From the NCBI GenBank assembly GCA_951406725.2, contig OX597832.1, positions 682,001-746,000 on the forward strand: a stretch of DNA of 64,000 bases, read 5' to 3'. Shown here piece after piece: positions 25,425-40,277 of this stretch. Source of the DNA: Octopus vulgaris. Taxonomy: Eukaryota. The translations under genes were made by a program, and so were the position numbers. The stretch's first letter is position 1; each line of letters starts with the position of its first letter. The notes under the pieces are model-generated. The model did not search any database. It saw only the letters and a list, made by a program, of their open reading frames with translations, and was not told where the DNA came from.

Positions 25425-25455
25425 AACATGTTTCGGTTCTTGAGAACCTTATCAA
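25425..25455 (-). ncRNA. Minimal hammerhead core (U3-A8 variant) with degenerate stem I
   Basis: UUGAUAA GGUUCU CA AGAACC GAAA CAUG UU. Confidence 0.6.
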
Positions 25456-25785
25456 AAAAAGTTATATATAAAAAAAAGATAGTTCATGCTATCAAATATA
25501 AAAAATTCATTTATAATATACAATAGAGTCAGACATCAAAAGTTCATATATCGTGAAGTGAGTTCGTTCATGCTATAGGTTTAGAGAGTATGATGTAGTG
25601 GTTCATAGTGGTGATATGCATTCAATATAAAAAATAGATCAAAGTGGTGATATGCAGTCAATATAAAAAATTGGTGTTCCTGAAAGAGCGAGGAATTCAT
25701 TTTAGATTTTACCTTGAGTAACTGTGATGACTTTTGATCGGTGTTCGCTGGAATGCATACATACATACATACATACATACATACA

Positions 25786-25821
<36 letters not shown>

Positions 25822-25837
25822 TAGTTAAAATGAAGCA

Positions 25838-26040
25838 AGGGAGGTAGGTAGGAGTGACGAGAGGAAGTGGGTGTCGGATGAACAGAGGAAGGGAGTTGAG
25901 CCCAAGTGACGCAAAGGAGCGAAGAGAGAAGATTAATTCTTGTTCACGGCGAAGGTCATTGTCCGGACGGCCCCTGCGCAGACAGATGTTATAGTGATTG
26001 ATCGGTAGAACGGAAATGGCACGAGACCGGGTGTTCAGGA
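25838..26040 (-). mobile_element. Neptune-like PLE GIY-YIG C-terminal fragment
   Basis: Homologous to 54960-55140 (PVSCHFRST...RREQELIFSL). Confidence 0.75.
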
Positions 26041-26432
26041 CAATTGTTTATCGTTATGGTAAAATCTAACGTGCGGTTGAGTAAATTGTATTCTGGATGG
26101 GTTCGGCTGAAGAGCTACAGATATGTTAGGTGAGTAAAATTACATAATTTATTAATAGCGAAACAATTGTCCTGAACTAATCTGCATTTTTGTTATTTTT
26201 ATTTACCCTGTTCGTTTGCGCTAGTAGTCGTGCTAACTTTCATCGGAAACAATTCTTTGTGGCTGAAACCTAGCGCATCTATTTTTAGTGCTAGAGTCGA
26301 CCACATAGTGGTTACTCTCTTATATTTATGTATAAAATTTATCGAAATCCAGGTTTTTTATGCACTAAGCCACTTGGTGTTAAATGGATGTACTATTAAA
26401 TTAGTATCCAATTTTCTCACCCTTATTAATTG

Positions 26433-26966
<534 letters not shown>

Positions 26967-27080
26967 TAACAATATAGGATGAAGTCCCTTTCTCTACAGA
27001 AAAGGAATCCATCAGGAAGCGTGGGCAGTATATTTTTTCCATGATCATACGTGAATATTTTATTTATATCCCATCGAAAG

Positions 27081-27142
27081 CTCTACTGAAGAAAGAATAT
27101 ATCTTTTTATAAGATTAATTCCGAAATTGATTCAATATAGAG
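27081..27142 (+). ncRNA. Type-I hammerhead ribozyme motif
   Basis: CUCUA CUGAAGAA [AGAAU..AUCUU/AAGAU..AUUCC] GAAA UUG AUU CAA UA/UAGAG. Confidence 0.7.
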
Positions 27143-27613
27143 ATAACGAAATTTAAATTTTCTAAAGGTTAGTTGCCCGTTTTCAGTTTCAATTCTCCTG
27201 TAGCAAGCGGATTATAAGTGGATAAATCAGTGTATTGGCTTTAGTATAACCCTCTTTAGCCCTTAATTATATGATGTATATATATATATATATATATACA
27301 CATACACCCGTCCTCACATATTTACCTACATGTATACATTCGCCCTTACACTTATGCCTCTAAGCATACTCACTTACACGTAAAGACACATAAATACATA
27401 TATATCCACAGATGTTTACATATATGTATATAACTACACACATACAGGCACACATTTATGTGTACGTGCTCATCTATGTATATACCCAAGTTTAGTTGTT
27501 GTATTCCACAGGACGTGTCCAATAAAACTGGACAATTTAATAAAACAATGAAACGATACGACAATATAACAATGATACAAAATAATATCTTGCACCTAGC
27601 GCATATATCTGTG

Positions 27614-27652
<39 letters not shown>

Positions 27653-27654
27653 GT

Positions 27655-27691
<37 letters not shown>

Positions 27692-29210
27692 CGTGTGTGT
27701 GCGTGCGTGTGTGTGTGTGTGTGTGTATTTATGGCTAAAAAACCACTATGTGGACAGCCATATGCTAGAAGAAGATCACATACGATCTAACCTCAAAGAA
27801 AGAATGTTCTCGAGAGAAAATTCAGCGAATAACCGAAGATAGGTGGGCAAGACAGATGAAAATTATATAAAAATCAAGAATTAATCGTATACCGGTTTCT
27901 TCTATTACCGAATAAATTACTTACGTAATCCTTCTGGCGTCTTCTGCCTTTTTATTAGAAGCATTTACCTGGGAATTTACTTAAAGTGAAGAAAAATCGT
28001 ATACAACAGATAAGTCGTCTTAATATTTTTCTGTGTACCAGACCTTTAGCTGTTATTTTTAGCACAACGAGTTTTCTAGTGAGGGCTTCATTTGCCTGCA
28101 TTGCCTGTTTGTTGCTTCAATAGAAATCTACGGATGCACAAACGCACAGAACGGAGAAAATGAAACAAATATGGACGAAACACCCCCAAGTGAGGAACAG
28201 TTCTCAAACATAACCCCCAATTGTTTTTCCTCAAAATTCCTATGTCCTTGAAGTCTACATAATCCGAGGTATATTTGTAGAGAATTTCATTTAAAAATAT
28301 CCATTTTCTTGAAAGTTAAAACGAATTGAAGTCGACTCCAGTGAATTTTCCGAAATTCCCCTCCTAAAGCACTTCCCCCAAATAATTTTGTATATTCGAA
28401 ATCTACATGATATAACACATATTTGTAGAAAATCTTATTTAAAAATATCTATTTTTCTGAAAGTTATGATCATCCAAATCAGTGGGGCAGAAATCTGTAG
28501 TTATGCCGGTTTCTGGATGTTATCCGTCTTCAGAATGAGACAATCACCAGCTCGTGACGAAAGCTATCTCCACTCGCAGATACTATATATTCTTTAAGTG
28601 ATACGCAATCGCTGATCTCGTATTGAGAAAAACATGTTTTAAATCTCTGAGCGAGAGAAATACAGTAACAGTACCGGATAGTAATGTTTATATACCAACA
28701 TAACGTGGCAGTCCTGTAAAGGACGATGTTACAGTTGTTTTAGCCTCATGAAGACATCTTTCCCAGCTGGCTTACGATACAGCCTGTGTCTGTATATAAT
28801 TATATAGAAAAGAGTTATTTGTAATATTCCTGCCATTATTCTTTAACTTTCTATGCTTGATAACATGAAAGAAAGCATCATTGATCATATTCTCCATTTA
28901 ATTTTACTGCTAGTATCAGAAATTTTACTAAAAAATCAAATCATAAAGGAAGTCAGAATTCATCGAATCCCTGACTTGAATAACGATTCAATAAATTATT
29001 CTACTTGTTTCAGTAATTTGACTGCGGCCATACTGGAGAACCGCCTTTAGTCAAACAGATTGACCACCCAGAACTTTATTCTTTGTAAACCTAGTACTTA
29101 TTCTATCGGGGCGCTTTTGCCGAACCGCTAACTTATGGGGACATAAACACACCAGCATCGGTTGTCAAGCGATGGTAGGGGGACAAACACAGATACACAC
29201 CACACACACA

Positions 29211-29277
<67 letters not shown>

Positions 29278-30269
29278 GACGGGCTTCTTTCAGTTTCCGT
29301 CTACCAAATCCATTCGCAAGGCTTTGGTCGGCCCGAGGCTATAGTAGAAGACACTAACCCAAGTTGCCACGCAGTGGGACTGCACCCAGAACCATGTGGT
29401 TGGGAAGCAAGCTTCTTACCACACAGCCACGCCTGTATCTAGATGATTATTTTATCGATTCTTTGATATTTAACAGAACAAAATTAAAATTATTCTGAAT
29501 TATGTTGTATCAAGTAATATGAATCAATACTGTGCTTCAGTACAAGGGCAATAGCTAGCCAAAGATGCTCAACAATAAATTCTAGAGGACATATTTCCGT
29601 CCTAAAAAAAAATAGGAAAAGTACAGAAGGAGGAAATTCCTACTTTAGAGTTTGCGATAATTTGGAAGATATTTTAGGAAGTCCCACTCAGCTGAAATAG
29701 TATAAAGATAAAATGTGCAAAGACGTTTTATAGCGTCAAAGTTATAGAATTTAATATAAAGAATAAGCAAACTTCTGAAGATAAAACAAGACACTCTTGG
29801 TTTATTATTAATTCTCTTTATCAAGACCTATCATATAGGATATATAATAATATAAACTTATATTACTAAACGTGACATTTTGTTATCAGTGGTTAGTAGT
29901 TGGCTCAAAAGATGACCAACTGCCTGAAAGTTATGCATTAAACTGATATTACATGTGAAGTTAGCAATAATTTCTGTTTCTAAACATAACTGGGCGCACT
30001 CCTAGATATCGCATAATTCTACAAACTTGATATAGCATCTCAACAGCATTATAATTATTTTTTTATGATTTTCTCTCCCTATTTCCCTCTTCTCTCTCTT
30101 CGTTTATATATTTTCATGTATTTATTATATTTTGTTCATCTTATATTTCTTGACCATAATAATTTCATACCCATTTTTTAAATATTTCATTTCAGTCTGC
30201 TAGTTTGTCAAACCTATATATACATTTCATGCGTACACACGCACGCACACACGCACGCACACGCGCGCG

Positions 30270-30301
<32 letters not shown>

Positions 30302-30995
30302 TTGTACATATGTGCATATCCATAGACAAATTTTTACGTGTGTACACAAGTACTAGCGTAGCTAGAGCGTGTATCGACTGGGCGGCCCTTCAGTTTGTCG
30401 CCTCCGGACCCCAACAAAAATACATATTGCCTACTGTTATCTGCAACGATAAGTCTACTGCATTACTATTTTGTATTAGTTTTTCACAACTTGTCGGAAG
30501 TGAGTCACTTCCAGTTTGTATCTGGGATCGAGGTTGTTTTGTTTTCAGAAAAAAAGGGTGGAGGTCCCTTTTGTATCCGTCTATATCTCAGAAAACCTGC
30601 TGTCATCCCAGAATGTTCTTCTTTGGTTATTTCATGGTACTGCGAACGTGCCTTTGTGCCAGTGTTACTGATTTTCTGCTGCTGAATGATGAGCCGACAA
30701 AATTCTTGTGAGATAATTTAGATATATCTAGTTGTTTTCTTTGCATTAACCTGAGACATAAAATGATGTGTAGATAATTGTATATCCATGGGTTAAAGTG
30801 TTTCGGTATATCCAACATCTTTTTTCTCACTCGGTACTTTTCGCCCGCGTGTGTGTCAGTCATAATAAATATGTTGAATGTATTTTGTAATCACACTTTG
30901 TTACAAGAAAGTTGTATATCAAGAAGTCAAATGTGAGTAAAACCCTGTTCAAATAATTTTGTATTTAAATTTCTTATTTTCTATTTTTCTTATTT

Positions 30996-31899
30996 TGTAG
31001 TCTGCCGTACACTTTGTATATATATGCGGTACACCTGCACGATGTTACGTACGAGTAGAAAATAAGTGACCCCCAAAAATTTAAACCATTGTTTGTCTTT
31101 GTGTTCACGGTGGTAGTTGTGACCCAGCTTGCCTAGATTTCTGCACAAAGCAGCAACAGTAGAAAAAACTTTGCATAGGACTCCCAAGTCATTGAATAGG
31201 AGTTGAAAAGTAAAGTTGTGCCAGTGGTTCATCTAAATAGCATAAGCTCTATTAATGACGGATCTCAAAAAAGAGAGGACATTGTGTAAGAGAGCCCTGA
31301 CATTTGAAATAAATTACATGAAACAGTGCATTGCAGAAGACACTTTAGATGTTCTTGAGGAGCAAGGGAGAAAAAATATAACACCTATTCAAAAGATTCA
31401 CTGAGGCTCATAACGCCTTTCATGTAACACTAGATGATGATGAGGTTGACGAAAGTGAAAACTATTTCTACAGTGTGCAAACCGACTATATTTTATACAC
31501 GGTAAAAATACATTCAAAGGCATAAAGCCTAAAATTTTACAATGTGTGGTTGAAAAACCCTATGTTGAAGTCAAAGAGTTGCTTGAAAACTTACAAATGC
31601 CAAAAGTAGAGTCGGAAACCTTTTAGGGCGATCCATTCATGTATCATCAATTTATTAAACCGTTTCAACTCTACGTTGATTCGGTTTGTGCCGATAATGA
31701 TTTAAAATCGACGCGTTTAATCCAGTATACACAAGGTATAGGAGTGGCTGTGTGGTAAGTAGCTTGTTTACCAACCACATGGTTCCGGGTTTAGTCCCAC
31801 TGTGTGGCACCTTGGGCAAGTGTCTTCTACTATAGCCTCGGGTCGATCAAAGCCTTATGAGTGGATTTGGTAGACGGAAACTGAAAGAAGCCCGTCATA

Positions 31900-31930
<31 letters not shown>

Positions 31931-32395
31931 GTTTGTGTGTCTGTGTTGTCCCCCTAACATCGCTTGACAACCGATGCTGATGTGTTTACATCACCGTAAC
32001 TTTGCGGTTCGGCAAAAGAAACCGATACAATAAGTACTAGGCTTACAAAGAATAAGTCCTGGGGTCGATTTGCTCGACTAAAGGCGGTGCTCCAGCATTA
32101 CCACGGTCAAATGACTGAAACAGGTAAAAGGGTAAAAGAGCAAAGTCGCGCGAGAGATGTCATCAGGGACTGTCTCTTAATCGGTGGTGAGGCGAGATAT
32201 CAACAAGTACTTGCTATTCTCGAGAATAGATTTGGCAATTCCCACTTAGTAACCGAGGAAATCCTCAATAATCTCAAACAAAGTAAACCAGTGAAAACGC
32301 CACAAGAATTACAGAAACTAGCGGACGATCTGAAAAATTCCGAGTTGATTTTGACGAAGCTACACATGCTTTAAGAAGTGAATTCGCAATCGTTA
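30996..32395 (+). mobile_element. BEL/Pao LTR retrotransposon relic: candidate LTR 30996-31158 and gag (DUF1759-like), interrupted by a SINE. Duplicate at 41361-42760
   Basis: QMPKVESETF*GDPFMYHQFIKPF..VDSVCADNDLKSTRLIQYTQG [SINE] RARDVIRDC..YQQVLAILENRFGN. Confidence 0.75.
31740..32140 (+). mobile_element. Full-length SINE family A copy (duplicate at 42105-42505)
   Basis: Head GGAGTGGCTGTGTGGTAAG, internal (TA)n, GTAAAAG-repeat tail. Confidence 0.9.
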
Positions 32396-32399
32396 CTTT

Positions 32400-32968
32400 A
32401 CCTGCTTCAGCACATGAGAGAAATGCTTGTGAAGTTGAAGTTGACACTCTTGGCGAAGAATGTGTTCGCTTTGAAGGATGAACTGTAGCTAACCGAGATA
32501 TCGTGTAGCCAGTTATACCGCCACTTTGAATTTGTGTACTGTAAAAGACTTTGTCTTCTTTAGCTAACCAGCTGCCATATCAAACAAATCTTCAAAATTT
32601 TTACCTGGTTTCGGACGTTTCAACTGGGTATCGTACCTTGTCAACAGAGTGTTTACTTTTCTTACAATAGATTTTAATGATATACACGGAAAATCAAATT
32701 TTTTCCATTGATTTAGTAATTTAGTTCCTGAGCAATGAGCTGATTTCTTGCTTGTCTGGATTTTTAAACTTTTGCTAATGCATTACACCTTCCAATGATG
32801 CAGGATTTTCTGGGGATTCTAGTTAGTTCAGTCAACTCATGTTCCACATTCGGTATTATTCTTCGCTTTTTTTGCCACTTTTCTTGCTTGCTGCAACTGC
32901 TTGACTTGACTGCATAAATGACAGGATTGATGTTTTTATTTCACTTTTATTTATTATTTTAATATCTG
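32400..32968 (-). pseudogene. Possible Sola2-like DNA transposase N-terminal relic (duplicate at 42765-43333)
   Basis: NQWKKFDFPCISLKSIVRKVNTLLTRYD..FEDLFDM, then WLAKEDKVFYSTQIQSGGITGY. Family assigned from recalled similarity only. Confidence 0.4.
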
Positions 32969-34736
32969 TAATAGAAAGAATAATGCATTCATGGATTATC
33001 TCAACAGCAAATAATACTACTAAATATGTGAAACAACTTTTACCACTGTATATATCATTAATGGTATTTGGCCAGGAAGTCACTTCAGTTATAAACTCCT
33101 TTAAATCTAATAAAATAGTGTGTACTAATGCCGAACGTAATGTGAGTTTGACTAGGGCAATGCAAGTGTGATGCATTTGAAAATAGAAATATTAGTTGGT
33201 CGGTGGGATTTTTGAAAGTTAAAAAAAATGAACTGCAAGTCACCCTGGCCATGTTCAATTTCAGAAAAAAAATTTTAATTCATTACCCTAATGTGCATGT
33301 GTGTGTGCACGCGCGCACGTGTGTATGTATTTATAGATCTACATCAATACAGGCGGCGAAAGATATACAGATATATTAGCACAAATTCCTCTCACAAGGT
33401 TAACCAAAAGTTATGCTGGAAAATATTTGCTGAAGGTACTGAACTTGAACTAAGAAGCACGTGGTTAAAGGGGGAACCCCTTAACCCCATACTCATACTT
33501 ACACCCTGTTTTATGGCACACAAGAAAACCTAGGTTTGACATTATATCGTCGTTTCACTGGAACTTGTGCCTAAAGAAGAAAATATTATATCGTCGTTTC
33601 ACTGACTTTTTGGTAAACATAAATTTTGAATTTATCTTATATTTGAATGAAATTCAAACACAGTCGAAATGTTGGATACAAAATGGCCTCAGCAATGAAA
33701 TTGTTTTATCATTAGAAAATAAAGTTGTGTTTACTTCTTTTGTGGGGAAAAACATTAAACTAGCCAGCTAGGTACATGTATAAATCTTTAAATCGATAAA
33801 TGTATGTTTTTATATTTCTGTGTACATGTTTATATCTATGTTTTTATGTAGATGCATTGTGTTAATAATTCTCAAAATACTGATCCGTGCTCCGCAATTC
33901 CTTACTCTAGATGACGTTTTACATTAAAACAATTATCATCAATTCACACCCATTTTTATTTACCTATTTATCAGCTTTGCTATGGTTGCATGACATGAAC
34001 ATGTTCAAGCAATATATATAGTAACTTGTCTTTGTAATGTCCCTCCATTTCCCTCTTTGTGGAAAATCAATCTTTATCCTCATCACCGCCACTACCACCA
34101 ACACCACTAAATATCACCATCTGTTGCCAAATTGATTACATTCAGAAAGCAGAAAACTATTATTCGGCAAAGTGAATAATGATTACCTGATATTGATTTA
34201 AAAACAAGACCGACAGATGAGAAAAAATAGATATGAAAGCCACCTTAAACAGTGGTTAGCTTCATTTCACCCATTTCTCTGTCGATATCGTACATTTCAC
34301 TTACATAATACATCTTATAACTTTTGCTTGTTTCAGTCATTAGACTGTAGCCATGCTAGAGCACCACCTTCAAGAATTTTAGTCGAACGAGTCGGCACAA
34401 CTATTTTTCAAGTATTAGTACTAATTCTACCGATCACTTTAGCCGAACCACTAAGTTACATGAACATAAACACACCACGCACAAGAAGTCGGTAGATTCA
34501 TTCGACTAATGTATGTATGTATGTATTCAACAAAGGTGATCCAGAGGTTCTCAATATAGAGAACATTGAAATGATTTGAACTTACACTCCGCTTATAATC
34601 ACTCTTTGTCCTGAGGACTTGGTCCCTGGTAAACACTTCGAATATGTATACATACATACATACATACATACATACATGCATACCTACATATGTATGTTTA
34701 TATATATATATATATATATACACATATATATATATG

Positions 34737-34828
<92 letters not shown>

Positions 34829-34872
34829 CGTTTAAATATTGGCTAAACTGGCATATGACCATTCCGAAATAT

Positions 34873-34925
<53 letters not shown>

Positions 34926-35515
34926 TATATGTATGCATGTATGTATGTATGTATGTATGTATGTATGTATGTATATATGTATACGTATATGCATAAACAG
35001 AAATGTACTCACGCGCTCACGCACATATACAACACTGTGCACAATTACGCACGCACGCACACGCAAGCACACACGCGCGCGCACGCACACACACACACAT
35101 ACACACACACAAACACACACACACATACAATAAGCTTCTTCAGATTCTGTCTATTAAGGGATTGGTTGGCCCGAGGCTATAGTAAAAGATACTTGCTGAA
35201 GACGCCAAACAGTAGTAATGAAACCGGGATCAAGTGGCTGCGATGCAAGCTTCTTTCCATATATACTAGCAGAGATAGTCGATGTTACTCGGAATTAAAA
35301 TGGCGTGTTTTTTATTGTTTTACTTGTTTTGGTCATGTGACTGCGGCCATGCTGGAGTCGAAGAAATCAACCCCAGGATTTGTTCTTTGTAAACCTAGTA
35401 CTTATTCTATTGGTTTGTTTTGTCAAACAGCTAAGTTACGGTTGTCAAGCGATGGTGGGATACAAAAACAGACACACGCGCACACACATGCACACACATA
35501 CACACAGACACATAT

Positions 35516-35561
<46 letters not shown>

Positions 35562-35586
35562 GTACACACACACGATGTATATATAT

Positions 35587-36333
<747 letters not shown>

Positions 36334-36349
36334 CACACGTACATCGATG

Positions 36350-36610
36350 TATGGGTACAGGACACCAAAAAACGCCGAACACAATGAGAAACGAAAACAT
36401 AAACACAAAACCAAGGAAAAAAATACAGTACAAGACATACAACACAAGGAACATTCCCCTTCTTCAGCCGCCTCTGAATGTTCCTTGATTTGTATGTCTT
36501 GTACTCTATTTTTTCGTTGTTAAAGAAAAATGTCCATTTCCTTGGTTTTGTGTTTATGTTTTCGTTTCTCATTGTGTTCGACGTTTTTTTTTGGGTGTCC
36601 TGTACCCATA
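36350..36610. repeat. Inverted repeat (arms 36350-36456 and 36476-36610), probably a PLE terminal-repeat fold-back
   Basis: TATGGGTACAGGACACC...GGTGTCCTGTACCCATA. The spacer carries a minus-strand CTGAAGAAG. Confidence 0.8.
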
Positions 36611-36690
36611 TATGAATGTATATATACATATAGATGTAGGTACGTACACATATGTATGTATATATGCATAGGTTTTATTTATTAATTTGT

Positions 36691-36730
<40 letters not shown>

Positions 36731-36817
36731 TTTATTGAAAAGGAGCAGAAATATCACGAAAACCAAAAACTGTTTCTCAGAGTTTCACGTTGCCATCGTA
36801 GGACAGTTTTATATATA

Positions 36818-36930
36818 CGAGGTGGGTGTATATGAAAAGTTTTGAACCTTGAAGTATTCTACCTTCATCAGAAGTCTTGTACCATGTTTTGTATTTTTTT
36901 TTAGGTTCAACACTTTTCATACAGCTCGCG
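36818..36930. mobile_element. 113-bp mariner-type MITE
   Basis: TA|CGAGG..TATGAAAAGTTTTGAACCT ... AGGTTCAACACTTTTCATA..CG|TA. Confidence 0.65.
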
Positions 36931-36997
36931 TATATATAGACATATATATGTATACATATATAAATATATATTTACACACACACATATATATATATAA

Positions 36998-37046
<49 letters not shown>

Positions 37047-37257
37047 TATACATATGTATATACATATATATACATATGTATATATATATATACTTTTTGT
37101 TTTATATTTAATTGTTGATAGGGTTTATTTTAGATTATATATTGATTATATATGGACTATATATAGGTTATATATAGATTATATATTTATATTTTTTTAT
37201 TATTTTAAAATTATTTTAAACTTATATTTTAATATATTGATATTTTAGATCGGAAAT

Positions 37258-37300
37258 CCACCTGAAGATTGTCATTGAAGACATGAAACAATTGTAGTGG
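37258..37300 (+). ncRNA. Minimal type-I hammerhead motif (duplicate at 47634-47676)
   Basis: CCAC CUGAAGA U UGUC AUUGAA GACA U GAAA CAAUUG UA/GUGG. Confidence 0.75.
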
Positions 37301-37385
37301 CGGTTTTTTTTACTTTTTATTAAAATTTTATGTATTGATTAAGTCTTTCCTTGTTTGTTTTGCAAAATAGTGGTTTTGTCTCTAA

Positions 37386-37475
<90 letters not shown>

Positions 37476-37658
37476 ATATATATATGCATGTATATATATA
37501 TATATGTTCAGTAAAAGCAATTAAGATTCAAGTGAGTTCCAATGAATTCACATGAATGCAGTACTTAACTTAGATGCACCAGAAATTTATATGGTATTAA
37601 CCATAAAATAATGTGGGGTGATTATAAACAAGAAAAAAGCAACAAAAATGGATTAGTT

Positions 37659-37749
37659 TTTCAGTACAATTGTTTCATACGAAGAACAACTTTATTAAAA
37701 GCTGCAAATATTGCAGCAAATACAAGTGTCCCGTATTCATCAGCCAAAA
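37659..37749 (-). ncRNA. Type-I hammerhead motif with canonical core and extended stem II (duplicate at 48031-48121)
   Basis: UUUUGG CUGAUGA AUACG [50 nt including a GCUGCAA/UUGCAGC hairpin] CGUAU GAAA CAAUUG UA/CUGAAA. Confidence 0.75.
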
Positions 37750-38634
37750 CACATATGAGTTTTCCAAACATCCTAGGGGGTGAGGCTACACTCATGAAGT
37801 ATCGAAGAGAGTTCTATAAAAAGCAAATTTAGATTGTAAGCAGACTTCCAAAGTTCTCTAATGATGCACAGTTTTATAGAAGGTTTTTTAAAAAGCTTGT
37901 TAGCTTCACAGAAAATAATGTAGGTGTAATTTCTGGAGATATGAGGAGATATTTCATACTCAGAGACGATGAATTTATCCATAATAAAGTAGGTATAATT
38001 TCCTGATATATGAGAAGATGCTGATCACATTTCTGTTCATTTCACAAAACTACTATGTTGGAATTATATTGGCTAAAAGAAGTTAGTGGAGCAGAAAAAC
38101 CGCCCAAATAGGTCATTATGGGACAACTGAGAGGAAAGGGGTGCAAGTACACAACCTACACAGAATAGTCTATTTCTGTGGTGACAGAAAGTCTAGGTTA
38201 GAGTTGCAGGAATCTGAGATTTATAAAAGAGAACACTACTTTTGACCAGCATACAGCCGTTAACTGCCAATCTTACAGAGTTAAAGCAGATATAAGAATA
38301 TAAAGAGAACAAGAGAAAGTATTAAAGGGGTCAAAGGCTATCAGTAGAGGAAAATACATTAGGAGGTTTCAGTGCAATACTAGAAAGGAGGTCATTTAAT
38401 TAATTTATTTATTATTGTTACTATTTATACAAATGCTTATAAATAAATACGCCATTTGGGGTCAACTCTTCTCCCCTCTTAATCTAACCTTCACCCCGAC
38501 TCCTACATCTCTTCACTCCTACATCTTTTTATGACGAACTGAATAAAGGACAGACTACTAGTATTAGTTAGAGAGTTAAACCATTTTAATACCTCATCGG
38601 TATTAGCCAGAGACTTAAGGGAATAATAATTATT

Positions 38635-40141
38635 ACTCTAGAATTTCCCACATTTTGCTAAATAAATCACTTATATTTGCTATGAATCGCTCCCTCATAT
38701 CTAGAGAGGAAATCGACATTGTGCTATTAGCTAGAAAAACATTTATAGAATTTGAAGGAAAGTTATGAACTAGAGCAGACACCCCTAATAATTTCGATAT
38801 ACCCATGGGTTCTAGTGATTCGGCTGAGGTAACTAATTTGGTAGGTGCGTATCTATTAAAGTGCATAAAAAAGGAGATCCCAGAATTACAAGGTGGTCTA
38901 TACAGGGATGATGCTCTGTTTGTTATTCCTAGTAATAATAAATCTAGCATTGAACGGATTAGAAAGAAAATTAATAGGTTCTTTAAAGATTTCAACCTTG
39001 GCATAACTTATGAACCTGGCACTAAAATAGTCAATTTCCTAGATATTACATTAGACCTTAACTCTAAGCTGCATTACCCATTTAGAAAAGAAGGTGAAAT
39101 CACGAGATACGTAAATAAATAATCAAATCATCCCCCAAATATAATTAAATCTTTGGTTAGAAATATTTCCTTAAGAATCTCTAAATTATCATCCAATAAT
39201 GATATATTTCACTCTCATTCTGAGCATTATAATGCGGCATTATCTAAGGCAGGATACAACCAAAAGATTACCTTTATTGATAAGGAGAGCTTACATATTC
39301 CTAATAAAGGAGGTAACATTAAACACGTAAACAACAATATAGATCACGCCCGAAATAAAAGTAGAAATAGATTTACGGTGACAACAAATCTAACGTACAA
39401 GCCTAATCATAAGAATAAAAATATAGACCAGAGCATAGGTAACTCGGATAAAACCAATTTAGATAAATCAAAAAAGCATACAAATAATAGTAATAAATAT
39501 AATGGCTCTGGTGAGATTAGTAATAATTCAACTAACCCCAATTCTAATTTAAGGAAATTTAATAAGAAAGATATAATCTGGCTGAATATTCCTTTCAACT
39601 GTGCGATTTTCTCGGATATACAAGGCAGATTCAAAGTAATTCTAGAAAAAAATTTCCCAGCCTCTCATAAATATCATAGAATAATTTCTAAAAAGCGGTT
39701 AGGATTTCTTATTCAACCCTCCCAAATATGTCCACTATAATGACTAAGATTAATAATAATAACATTAAGCTAGCCAGGAATAATAAGACTAATACCAACA
39801 TGAATACCAATAACAATTGTAATAATATTATCAAAAATAAAAATAATAACCACAATAATAGTAACTATCAAAACAAAGGTAGCATCAATAACCATGGAAT
39901 AATTAATAATAATATTAATATTAATAGGAGCAATAATGTTAATAATATGAACAATGTTAATAGAGAAAATATCGGGAATGAAGACAACATTGATATCTAT
40001 AACAACAATATACATTCGGATATAAATACTAGCAATAATAGTAGCAATACCAATAATGTAAGTAATTATGATAGGGCTATAGAACTAAATGATAGTGTAA
40101 ACGGATCGATAAATGATAACACTGCTTTAGATATTCTATGA
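38635..40141 (+). mobile_element. Penelope-like (Naiad-like) RT and thumb with Asn-rich insertions, pseudogenised (duplicate at 49006-50512)
   Basis: FDIPMGSSDSAEVTNLVGAYLL, GLYRDD, VNFLDITLDLN, SNHPPNII, IIWLNIPFN, KNFPASHKYHRI, ISYST. Confidence 0.88.
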
Positions 40142-40144
40142 TAT

Positions 40145-40277
<133 letters not shown>

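Noticed and set aside
28504-28533. Additional hammerhead relics (28504-28533 minus, 27889-27945 minus, 36766-36810 minus, 4616-4650 plus)
   Set aside because: Core, NUH site or stem I is broken, so they are counted at most as decayed relics.
30205-30711. 168-aa plus-strand ORF conserved in both duplicate copies
   Set aside because: The conservation only reflects the probable false duplication. It starts in a microsatellite and has no recognisable domain.
35266-35300. Degenerate Helitron 3' end as partner of the 5' end at 55955
   Set aside because: Too distant and too degenerate to pair with confidence.
38766-38768. In-frame TGA in the second Naiad-like RT as selenocysteine
   Set aside because: It falls at a probable Trp position (TGG>TGA), and the copy also has a TAA stop and a frameshift.
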